NCBI GenBank assembly: GCA_963729605.1
Contig: CAVSNY010000007.1
Coordinates: 96,001 to 160,000 of the forward strand
Direction of reading: 5' to 3'
Origin: an uncultured Gammaproteobacteria bacterium
Lineage (GTDB): Bacteria; Pseudomonadota; Gammaproteobacteria; DRLM01
Length of the DNA stretch: 64,000 nt
Position numbers and translations under genes: made by a program. The notes below the pieces were generated by a model. The model was not told where the DNA came from, made no database searches, and saw nothing but the letters and a program-made list of their open reading frames with translations. This document shows, piece by piece, positions 1 to 8,141 of the stretch (the first letter of the stretch is position 1; each line of letters opens with the position of its first letter).

Positions 1-1
1 C

Positions 2-2566
2 GCCGATGACCGGGTGCATATTGGCCGGCAGGCGCGATTGGGTCCAGGCCACGCCGTTGGCGAGGTATTGCATGATCAGCGCCACCGCCGTGATCAATCC
101 GGCGATGAAACCGCCGCCGGGCAGGTTGTGGCCGCGCAGCAGGATGAATACCGACACCAGCAAGGCCAACGGCAACAGCAAGCGGGTCAGCGAGGCCATG
201 ACGGGCGGATGCGCGTCCCAGTTCCACGGCCGGCCGTCGGCATCGCGCTCGGGGCCGGACAGGTGCAGGTGGTCCAGCATGGCGTAGATGCCGAGACCGG
301 CCAGGGCCAGGACGGTGATCTCGCCCAGGGTGTCGTAGCCGCGGAAGTCGACGAGGATCACGTTCACCACGTTGCCGCCCCCGCCCCCGGGCACGCTGTT
401 GGCCAGGAAATAATCGGCGATGCTTTGATAGGGCCGCGTCAGCACCGCCCAGGTCAGGGCCGCCGCGCCGCCGCCGGCCATGAGTGCGAGCAATCCGCCC
501 TGCAGCCGGCGCGCAGTCGAAGATTCCTCGGCTTGATGCTTGGGCAAAAAGTAGAGGGCCAGCAGCAGCAATACCACCGTCACCACTTCAACCGAAAGCT
601 GGGTGAGCGCCAGATCGGGCGCTGAAAATTTGACGAAGATCAGCGAGACCACCAGACCCACGGCGCCCATCAGGATCAACGCGACAAAACGCTGCCGGTG
701 CATGACGACCGTGGCGACGGCCGCCGCCGCGAGTCCCAGCGCCGCCAGCGCACTCACGCCGTCGACCGGCAACGGGACCCGTTCGCCGGTCAGCGGCGAA
801 CCCCCGCTCAGAAAACCGGCCGCTCCCAGCACCAGCGCGGAAAGAATGAAGAGGAAGACCATGCGCTGCAGCGAGCCGGTGTCGAGTAGACGGGTCAGCG
901 AACCGGCCAAGGAGAACAATCCGTCTAACAGGTGGTTGTAACGGGTTTTCGCCTCCAGCCGTCCTTCCATACGTTCATGCAGGGCAAACAACGGCCGGCG
1001 GCCCAGATACAACAAACCGCCGCCGACCAAGGCAATGACGCTCATCCACAACGCCGGATTGAAGCCGTGCCAGATGGCGAGATCGTAGGCCGGCGGTGGC
1101 GTCTGCAACACGCCGGCCACCGCGACGGCGAGGATGGGCTCCACGGTCAGCGCCGGCGCGATGCCCACCAGCAGGCATAACGCCACCAGCACCTCGACCG
1201 GCACCTTCATCCACCGCGGCGGTTCGTGGGGGGTCTTGGGCAGATCGACGGGGTCGCCGTTGAAAAAGACGTCGTGGATGAAACGCAGCGAATAGGCCAC
1301 CGCCAACACGCCGGCCACCGTCACCGCCGCCGGCAACAGCCAGCCGAAACGCAGCTGGGTGGTGGCGCCGACGGCCTCGGCGAAGAACATCTCCTTCGAC
1401 AGAAACCCGTTGAGCAAAGGCACCCCGGCCATCGACGCCGACGCCATCATGGCCAGCAAACCGGTATAGGGCATGAACTTCCACAGCCCGTTGATCCGGC
1501 GCATGTCGCGACAGCCGGTTTCATGATCGATGATGCCGGCGGCCATGAACAGCGAGGCCTTGAAGATGGCGTGGTTGATGATATGAAACACCCCGGCCAC
1601 CGCCGCCAGCGGCGTACCGATGCCGAACAGCAGCGTAATCAGGCCGAGATGGCTGATGGTGGAATAGGCCAGCAGCGCCTTGATGTCGTGTTTGAACAGG
1701 GCGAAGAAGGCCCCCACCAGCAGCGTCGCCAGCCCCGTCCCGCCCACCAGCCACGACCACTCCGGCGTGCCGGACAGCGCCGGAAACAGCCGGGCCAGCA
1801 GGAATACCCCGGCCTTGACCATCGTGGCCGAATGCAGATAGGCCGACACCGGGGTGGGTGCCGCCATGGCGTTCGGCAACCAGAAATGAAAAGGGAACTG
1901 CGCCGATTTGGTAAACGCGCCGAGCAGCACCAGCACCAACATGGGCAGATACCACGGGTGGGCGCGGATGAGGTCGCCCGACGCCAAGATCACGGACAAT
2001 TCATAACTGCCGGCGATCTCGCCCAGCAACAAAAATCCGCCCAGCAGCGCCAGCCCGCCGGCCCCGGTCACCGTGAGCGCCATGCGCGCGCCGTTGCGGG
2101 CCTCCCGCCGATGCTGCCAATAGCTGATCAGCAGAAAGGACGAGAGGCTGGTCAACTCCCAGAAGATCAACATCTGGATGATGTTTTCGGACAGCGCGAT
2201 GCCCAGCATGGAGCCCATGAACAAGAGCAAATACGCGTAGAAGCGGCCCAGGTTACTCCGCTCGGAGAGGTAATAACGCGCGTAGAGAATCACCAGCAGG
2301 CCGATGCTCAAGATCAGCAGGGAGAACAATAAACCCAGGCCGTCCAGACGGAACACCAGATCGAGCCCGACCGCCGGCATCCAACTCAGGCGCTGGATTT
2401 CGGTATGGCCGGCGAAGGTCGCCGCCGCCAGCGGCAGCAGCCAAACCAGCGCGAGCAGCGTTACGGCGCCGGCCATCCAGGCGGCGTGCAGCCGCCCCAA
2501 ACGGGACACCCACGCGCTTAGGACGGAACCGAGGAAGGGCGTGAGGACAATGAAGAGTAAAGACAT
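2..2566 (-). CDS. mrpA: Mrp/Pha Na+(K+)/H+ antiporter subunit A-B fusion, 3' end runs off the window
   Basis: Not in the ORF track. Manual translation from ATG 2566 gives MSLLFIVLTPFLGS...FWELTSLSSFLLI...TKSAQFPFHFWLPNAMAAPTPVSAYLHSATMVKAG...NVVNVILVDFRGYDTLGE, then the MrpB motif LRGHNLPGGGFIAGL. Confidence 0.93.
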   Translation of the reverse strand, partial: MSLLFIVLTPFLGSVLSAWVSRLGRLHAAWMAGAVTLLALVWLLPLAAATFAGHTEIQRLSWMPAVGLDLVFRLDGLGLLFSLLILSIGLLVILYARYYLSERSNLGRFYAYLLLFMGSMLGIALSENIIQMLIFWELTSLSSFLLISYWQHRREARNGARMALTVTGAGGLALLGGFLLLGEIAGSYELSVILASGDLIRAHPWYLPMLVLVLLGAFTKSAQFPFHFWLPNAMAAPTPVSAYLHSATMVKAGVFLLARLFPALSGTPEWSWLVGGTGLATLLVGAFFALFKHDIKALLAYSTISHLGLITLLFGIGTPLAAVAGVFHIINHAIFKASLFMAAGIIDHETGCRDMRRINGLWKFMPYTGLLAMMASASMAGVPLLNGFLSKEMFFAEAVGATTQLRFGWLLPAAVTVAGVLAVAYSLRFIHDVFFNGDPVDLPKTPHEPPRWMKVPVEVLVALCLLVGIAPALTVEPILAVAVAGVLQTPPPAYDLAIWHGFNPALWMSVIALVGGGLLYLGRRPLFALHERMEGRLEAKTRYNHLLDGLFSLAGSLTRLLDTGSLQRMVFLFILSALVLGAAGFLSGGSPLTGERVPLPVDGVSALAALGLAAAAVATVVMHRQRFVALILMGAVGLVVSLIFVKFSAPDLALTQLSVEVVTVVLLLLALYFLPKHQAEESSTARRLQGGLLALMAGGGAAALTWAVLTRPYQSIADYFLANSVPGGGGGNVVNVILVDFRGYDTLGEITVLALAGLGIYAMLDHLHLSGPERDADGRPWNWDAHPPVMASLTRLLLPLALLVSVFILLRGHNLPGGGFIAGLITAVALIMQYLANGVAWTQSRLPANMHPVIG

Positions 2567-2845
2567 CCCAAGACGCTAGACCATAGACTGAAAGCCGACA
2601 TAGTACTTGGCGGAGCGTGTTCGTGGAAGCGAAATGCCCCTCGGCGGGCGCGAACCGGCCGTGCCCAAGCTTTCCTGCGAGCCTGGTGGATGCCGGTTTT
2701 CACCGATGGTTTTAAAGCGAGGATTCGACATTGCGTCGGGTTGAATTGAACATCTTCGCGCGCGTCGAGTGTCGGAGTGTCTCTCGTCGATCATCAACAC
2801 CATCGCGTTGGACGCTTCGCTGCTTCACACGCCACTAGCTCCCAA

Positions 2846-2972
2846 GGAACTCGGATTTATTCAGCGGTGCCTGGGCTGCGGGGTTAGCCATTGAAAAACG
2901 CAGGGCGGCGAAAACGCGATTTTTCGCCGCCCGTGCCCTGAAAATTCCGGGAGGGAATTATTCAGAGCGCTC
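2846..2972 (-). repeat. MITE-like interspersed repeat, copy 1 (degenerate ends)
   Basis: Reverse complement CTGAATAATTCCCTCCCGGAATTTTCAGGGCACGGGCGGCGAAAA...TTTTCAATGGCT...CTGAATAAATCCGAGTTCC aligns by eye with 25283-25431. Confidence 0.8.
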
Positions 2973-2991
2973 ATAAAAAATTTATGACCGC

Positions 2992-3014
2992 TCACTCGAT
3001 ACAGAATCTAGCGA
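2992..3014 (-). other. Candidate distal att site (degenerate duplication of the mnmE 3' end)
   Basis: CGATACAGAATCTAGCGA vs CGATACAAAATTCGGCGA at 14805-14822 (14/18 identical). The minus strand reads ARFCIE* vs mnmE AEFCIGK*. Confidence 0.6.
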
Positions 3015-3066
3015 GCAGGCGTAAGGCTTCATCATTGCTGGGTTTGTTATTTTTGATCGGCGGCCA

Positions 3067-3087
3067 TGGGCACACATCTGGGCACAC
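3067..3087 (+). repeat. Tandem TGGGCACAC pair, putative integrase arm-type sites (left end)
   Basis: TGGGCACAC-ATC-TGGGCACAC, the same architecture as TGGGCACAC-ATA-TGGGCACAC at 14664-14684. Confidence 0.75.
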
Positions 3088-3162
3088 CAATTCAAGGCTT
3101 CTCGCTTTTTGTACCCATGCGGCTAAGGTAGCAACATTGAGTTCATAGTTTGCAAAACAGTC

Positions 3163-3804
3163 TCAGCACCCCAAGTCATCGAGCTGCTGAAGGCCCAGGT
3201 CATCCAACGTCACGCTTCTCAGCCCAAAGCGTTCGGCCATGCCAGCCAATGACGCAAGAACGAAAGCATCATGCTGGGTTTTCAGCCGTTGAAAGGTGCT
3301 CCAGTGCATCCCTTTGGGCTTGCCGCCCTCACCGTTCAGGATGCCGGGCTCCCACTTGAGTTTGTCCCGCAGAGTGTCCGCTCTCCGGGTCGCGCGGTCA
3401 TCATCATTCTCCCGCTGGCACCTATACGCCAGCCGGTGACAGTGCCTGCAGGCAAAAACGCTACCACCGTGCAGTATCGCCACACGCCGCCCACAACCCG
3501 TCGCAGGGCAACGCCACCAAACCCGCTCGCCACCGAAACGGCACGCTGTCCTTTCTAGGCTAACTGGGTAACGCATGTCCTGCCATTCTCTGCTGCGTTC
3601 GCGTTGTCGGTAGGCAAACCAAACCCGGTCAGCTTCCACCGACAAATTGATAGATGCCACCACGTCGCCGTTCCGTTTCCATTGCCAGCCATAAGACATG
3701 CCGGCATTTAGAAAGCCGCTGCGCGACAACAGTCGAATGTCGATCTGCCTCATCTCATCGGTACAGTTTTTCCCCCGCTTACGTCCACTGCCAAAACCTC
3801 CCAT
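3163..3804 (-). CDS. Hypothetical island protein with Cys4 zinc-finger-like motif
   Basis: Likely start MGGFGSGR at 3804 after a GAGGAGG RBS. Contains WWRCPATGCGRR...FACRHCHRLAY. Confidence 0.7.
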   Translation of the reverse strand: MGGFGSGRKRGKNCTDEMRQIDIRLLSRSGFLNAGMSYGWQWKRNGDVVASINLSVEADRVWFAYRQRERSREWQDMRYPVSLERTACRFGGERVWWRCPATGCGRRVAILHGGSVFACRHCHRLAYRCQRENDDDRATRRADTLRDKLKWEPGILNGEGGKPKGMHWSTFQRLKTQHDAFVLASLAGMAERFGLRSVTLDDLGLQQLDDLGC

Positions 3805-4117
3805 CTTCGGTTCCTCCTCAAAAAATTTTCCGAAATCATTTGGCAAGTTCATCGTTTGATCAACGTCCAACGCAGGTAGCTTTTGAGCCAGTTCAGCCGC
3901 CACCGCTGCTTGCATGTCCTCTACCATTCATCGTCGCCGTGCAGCCGAGTCGTGAAGTTTTCAATCTCGCCAATGTTCATGGCCTGGGTGTGCGGCGAGC
4001 ACCAGCGGTCGAAGTCAATTGCTGGTGTAAGATCGATAATTGCGCAATCGTGGCACCTAGCCTTGGGGTCTCAGCCCCGTTTCATCCGTCCCAATTTTTT
4101 GAAAACAGGCTTAGCGG

Positions 4118-4185
4118 TACGCTACAAAACCTACAAAACCTACTTCGCCGCGGCGCTGCAGAGGTTTTGTAGGTTTCGTAGCGTA
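4118..4185. repeat. 24-bp inverted repeat containing CTACAAAAC units; candidate element replication origin
   Basis: TACGCTACAAAACCTACAAAACCT (4118-4141) and AGGTTTTGTAGGTTTCGTAGCGTA (4162-4185) are 23/24 complementary, just downstream of the primase gene. Confidence 0.65.
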
Positions 4186-4232
4186 GATGCCACCCGTGTT
4201 TTCATTTTTCAGGCGAGCCATCCAGCCGCCCA

Positions 4233-6668
4233 TCATGGGCGCCCTTTCAACAGTATGGGGTGGATCAGGTATCGGTCGCTGGGTCTGCCACCCGCCGAGC
4301 CGGTGGGCACAATTTCCCGTGCAAGCCAGCCGTAATCGCACAGCAAGTCCGCTGCCTTGCGTACCGCGTCTGGTGTGCCCAGTCCCGCCCAATGCTTCAC
4401 TGCCACCAGTCGGGCGGTGAACGTTTCTAATAGCACGTCGTCACCGTCGCGCAGCTTGCCCGCCTTAATTTTGTCCAATAGTTGCTTGGCCCCGGTTGTC
4501 TCCGGGATCACCGCCGCCGCGTACATTCGTTCCGCATGTGTTCGCAGGTAGTCGCCCCAAGCCAATGCCCGCAACAGTTCGCGCTTGTGGATCACGTTCC
4601 CGCTCTCGGGGGTGTCCACGAGGGCAAAGATTAGCGCCAGCGCCGGAACCAGCTTGCGGTACTTACTCAGGTGTGAAATGAGCGCCGGGTGCAGTTCCTC
4701 GCCGCGTATTTCCGTCTCGAATGGTTCCAGCCACTCCACAAACAGAGCTTGCGCCTCCGAGGAAAAACGCCATTCCTGTGGGGCGGTGTCGCTGGCGGGT
4801 TGCAGTGCGTTCAATCGCTCGAAGACCGCCCATGCTGCTTCTTTGGCCAGTGTGTCAGGCCGCTGGTCCACGTAGGTAAATTCTCGGCTAACGTCTGGCC
4901 ACACGGCCAATCCGAAGCGCTGCAACAGGCCATCGTCACTCGCGCCGCCCGCCACCGCTTCGCGCACGTAGCTTTGCAGCTTGCCGGGTTGAATGCCGCC
5001 CAGCATGGCTAGGCATACTCGGGGGATGCAGTGGGTGCCTCGGATGATTCTGTCTACTGTGTACCCTTGATTCCCGTCATAGGCTTGCAAGTAAAAGGCG
5101 CGCGCCCCTTCCTGCCCTTGTCGGTCCATGCTGCACAGTAAACCGTGCATCTCATCGCGGTAGCTAAGGGTGCCCCAGGTGTTCACTTCCAGGATTTCGC
5201 CCAGCTTTTCAACCGTAGCATCGTTGACCACATAGCGCCGTGCCTGGGGTTCGGTCGGTGTATCCACCGGCTCCAATAACGCGCGTGCCTTAGCCGGATC
5301 TTTTGCCGCGTACGCCACTGCCCGTTTCTCATTTTGCTTCGTGGCTAGTTCTGCCACCTTGTAATCAAGTTCCCATATGTCATGCGCCGCCTGCCACCGT
5401 TCACGCGCTGTCGCTTCGAGCCGGTATAGGGTTTTCAGCACCTCGCCAAGCGCTGGGGATTTCATCACCCCTGGCCTACCCACAATCGCGCCCCACAGGT
5501 TCGGAACCACGCGCCAATCGTCGTGCGCCTTGGGGGCCACAACAGCACGCGCACCGATCAGGCTTGAAATCGCCACTACAGCCGCTACCGCCGGAAAGTC
5601 CGGGGGGCATTGCATCCGATGGGAAATGTCAGTCACCCAGCCGCGTAAAGCCTCGGGCAATAACTCTGGGTCAAAACGGGTCACCTGGGGCAAGCTATCA
5701 GGCAAGGGTTGGGGGCTGGGCCATTGGTCGCCAGCCTCAGATACTGGGAATGTGTTCCCCATCACCGGTTGTGCCATCGCAACACATGCCTGCACTGCCT
5801 CCACCCCGGCTAGCCGGTGTAAGTCGTTCATGTCGGTGTCTTTGTCACCGCGGCTCTGAGGGAACGTCGGCACCGCCAACCAGCCGTCCACAGCCCGTGC
5901 TGCATCGGTGGCCTTGGTTATTCCGGGGTTGCCTTCGGTCTGCCAATCGTCATCACCAGCCAGTACTAGCCGCATCTCTGGATATTTGGTGTGCAGTGCC
6001 TCAGCAACCGTCCGCAGGTTATTTGCATTGAAGGCCACAGCCACCGCCTGCCCCGTGGCCTGATGGATGCTCGCGCCCGTGGCGTACCCCTCGCACACGA
6101 TCAACAAGCCGTCCGGCTTGCCGATGGAGTGATAGCAGCCCTTCATCCGTCCGCCAAATAGAAAGCGTTTGCCGCCTTCTGGGTCGATCACTTGTAGATT
6201 GTGCAGTGTGCCCGCTGCGTCACGCATTGGGATGAGCAGGGCGACGCCATCCACCTTTACGCCGTGAGCTAGCACGCCTTTGGCGCTGAGGTAGGGATGT
6301 TCCGTCGCGGGTGTGGCGGCCTTCCAACGTTGCGCCGCCAGAAATGCTGTATGCCGTTGGCGCTCTGCCGTATCTGCCTCGCGTTGTTTGCGCATCGCCT
6401 CCACCCGTTGCCGGTGGGCTTCGCGTTCGTCCGGCGTCATGGTGTCCGGGGCCTTAATGCACCATTGCTGCATGAAGCCTTTGCGCCAGCAGCCAAAGAC
6501 ACCAGCCGCGATACCATCGTTGTGCAGCACATACCACCCGGAATCGTCGCCGCGTTGCCCTTTACTGGAGAATCGGTGCAGCTTGCCGTCGGCGTGAATG
6601 TCGTTCGGCGGGGTCAGGCCCATGCCTGCCATCGCCGCCCGGAATTGCTCGATAGAGTTCGCCAGCAT
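4233..6668 (-). CDS. TOPRIM primase domain fused to DUF3987/YfjI-like P-loop domain (element replication protein)
   Basis: TOPRIM motifs VCEGYATGASI and LAGDDD. Walker-A-like GRPGVMKS. YfjI-like NDATVEKLGE, RDE and DDGLLQRF. Start at 6668 overlaps the upstream stop. Confidence 0.85.
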   Translation of the reverse strand: MLANSIEQFRAAMAGMGLTPPNDIHADGKLHRFSSKGQRGDDSGWYVLHNDGIAAGVFGCWRKGFMQQWCIKAPDTMTPDEREAHRQRVEAMRKQREADTAERQRHTAFLAAQRWKAATPATEHPYLSAKGVLAHGVKVDGVALLIPMRDAAGTLHNLQVIDPEGGKRFLFGGRMKGCYHSIGKPDGLLIVCEGYATGASIHQATGQAVAVAFNANNLRTVAEALHTKYPEMRLVLAGDDDWQTEGNPGITKATDAARAVDGWLAVPTFPQSRGDKDTDMNDLHRLAGVEAVQACVAMAQPVMGNTFPVSEAGDQWPSPQPLPDSLPQVTRFDPELLPEALRGWVTDISHRMQCPPDFPAVAAVVAISSLIGARAVVAPKAHDDWRVVPNLWGAIVGRPGVMKSPALGEVLKTLYRLEATARERWQAAHDIWELDYKVAELATKQNEKRAVAYAAKDPAKARALLEPVDTPTEPQARRYVVNDATVEKLGEILEVNTWGTLSYRDEMHGLLCSMDRQGQEGARAFYLQAYDGNQGYTVDRIIRGTHCIPRVCLAMLGGIQPGKLQSYVREAVAGGASDDGLLQRFGLAVWPDVSREFTYVDQRPDTLAKEAAWAVFERLNALQPASDTAPQEWRFSSEAQALFVEWLEPFETEIRGEELHPALISHLSKYRKLVPALALIFALVDTPESGNVIHKRELLRALAWGDYLRTHAERMYAAAVIPETTGAKQLLDKIKAGKLRDGDDVLLETFTARLVAVKHWAGLGTPDAVRKAADLLCDYGWLAREIVPTGSAGGRPSDRYLIHPILLKGRP

Positions 6669-6949
6669 CACAGCCGCCCCCCAACTCGCGATAGGAAGCG
6701 CTCCGCTTTGTACGAGGTGGGCTGGTAACGAATCACTCCCCAGCATTCAACCCAAATGGTCATAGGCCGGTTGCTCGGGCCGATCTGGCGCAATGTGTGC
6801 CTCGACAGCGAAAGTGCAGCCCGCAGTGTTTCAAATGCTATGCCTGCATGCGGTGACGGGGGAAAATTCAGATCGTTGATAGCACCTGCCGTGGGGTTGC
6901 TGCCCCCGGCGGGCTTTTCTCTTGGGATGGTGTTGATCGCCATTGCCAT
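6668..6949 (-). CDS. Small hypothetical protein between alpA and the primase
   Basis: 93-aa ORF starting just after the alpA stop, with its stop overlapping the primase start. Confidence 0.5.
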   Translation of the reverse strand: MAMAINTIPREKPAGGSNPTAGAINDLNFPPSPHAGIAFETLRAALSLSRHTLRQIGPSNRPMTIWVECWGVIRYQPTSYKAERFLSRVGGRL

Positions 6950-6953
6950 CCCC

Positions 6954-7190
6954 TTAAGCCGTGCGGCTTTTTTTAACTTGGGCGGTCAGCCACTCGTCAA
7001 TTTCCGCCTCGATCCAGCCAACGGCTTTCGCCCCGACCGATATCGGTTTCGGGAAGGTCGGGTCATAATCGCCCGGCCTCTTGGGGTTTTGCCGCAAGCG
7101 GGCATAAATGCTCGAACGGGAAAGCCCCGTACGGGCTTCAACCTGTTTGCGCCTAAGAATGGTTAGTGCGGAATGGGTTTGTGCGGCCAT
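6954..7190 (-). CDS. alpA: AlpA family excisionase / phage transcriptional regulator
   Basis: ILRRKQVEARTGLSRSSIY...FPKPISVGAKAVGWIEAEIDEWL; AGGAG RBS before ATG 7190. Confidence 0.9.
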   Translation of the reverse strand: MAAQTHSALTILRRKQVEARTGLSRSSIYARLRQNPKRPGDYDPTFPKPISVGAKAVGWIEAEIDEWLTAQVKKSRTA

Positions 7191-7410
7191 GTTTCGCTGT
7201 CTCCTGATGAAGGTGAAGCATTCCGGAACAGCCCGGAACATGGTTCAGCACAATATGCACGGTGTCGCCCTACGAATAGCCGGACAGGTTCAGAAAACCT
7301 GCCCCGGGAAATGGGTGTGAGAAGGACAGGTTTCGCCGAAAATGGGGGGTGGGTTTAAGTCGAAATTAGCCGTTAAACCAGTATCCGCGCGGCTCTTGGG
7401 GGTGGGTGGA

Positions 7411-8019
7411 TTACTCGCCCGGGGTCCTGGGCGCACCGCCGCCAGGTTGCCAGTTCGCCACTTTCGCTGCTTCCTCGATTCCGGTTTCGTTCGGCTTCCC
7501 CTCATCGTCGGTCATGCCGAATTCCGCCGCATGTTCCCGCAGCCATTTTGCCAAGGCCTGTTTTGGATGTTTGCCGCCCGGATCAGTCACAGACTGCCAC
7601 GCCCGCACCGCCGCTGCCAATTTGGGGGCATAGCGTGGATTCTTCGGATTAAGATAGTCGGGAGCGTCGGTCGTCGCCGGAAAGAAAAAGCCCGATCGGA
7701 TACCGCGAGTTTCAAGCCATTGGCGCAGGGATTCAACATCTACCCTAGATTCCGCAAGGTCTATTGAATCATCGATTTCGCCGCATTTATGCCCGTTCAT
7801 GTCGTATTCGTAATTTGGGATCAGCCGCCCCTTGATAGCACCTCGCCGGAAAGCGTTTGCAATTGCCGTCTTAGCAGCTTCATACCCATGCGGCCTCTCA
7901 TGCATTTGCCAGTCTTCCGTATATCCGTTTTCTCCGCTTGGGTCACACTCGGCAAGCAATAGCGCTGCCTGAATGATGCTCAACTCATCACATAGCCGCC
8001 AGTAATCCAGGCTTTCCAT
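7411..8019 (-). CDS. Hypothetical island protein upstream of alpA
   Basis: 202-aa ORF with a GAGGGGG RBS, in the island's transcription direction; no recognisable catalytic motif. Confidence 0.7.
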   Translation of the reverse strand: MESLDYWRLCDELSIIQAALLLAECDPSGENGYTEDWQMHERPHGYEAAKTAIANAFRRGAIKGRLIPNYEYDMNGHKCGEIDDSIDLAESRVDVESLRQWLETRGIRSGFFFPATTDAPDYLNPKNPRYAPKLAAAVRAWQSVTDPGGKHPKQALAKWLREHAAEFGMTDDEGKPNETGIEEAAKVANWQPGGGAPRTPGE

Positions 8020-8051
8020 ATCGCCCCCTCAAGCCTCCCTTGGACCAAAAC

Positions 8052-8117
8052 GCCACACCAGCCGGGCAAGGGTTTCCCGGGTTTCGCCTCAGGGATCAGC
8101 CTTGAACTAGATGCGGC
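8052..8117 (-). ncRNA. Three-way-junction leader RNA resembling the int-alpA RNA motif
   Basis: Minus strand GCCGCATCTAG-T-TCAAGG CTGATC CCTGA-GGCGAAAC-CCGGG AAACCCTTG CCCGG-CTGGTGTGGC folds into a closing stem plus two hairpins. The family assignment is from memory. Confidence 0.55.
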
Positions 8118-8141
8118 AATATCGTTATGTCATCAGCGCGG

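Noticed and set aside
6-2579. Long plus-strand ORFs such as 1226-2332
   Set aside because: They are antisense shadows of mrpA, as expected in high-GC coding DNA.
2567-2840. Na+/Li+ riboswitch upstream of mrpA
   Set aside because: No motif I could recognise. A TTCCAC-N17-TACTAT promoter-like sequence lies close to the start, implying a short leader.
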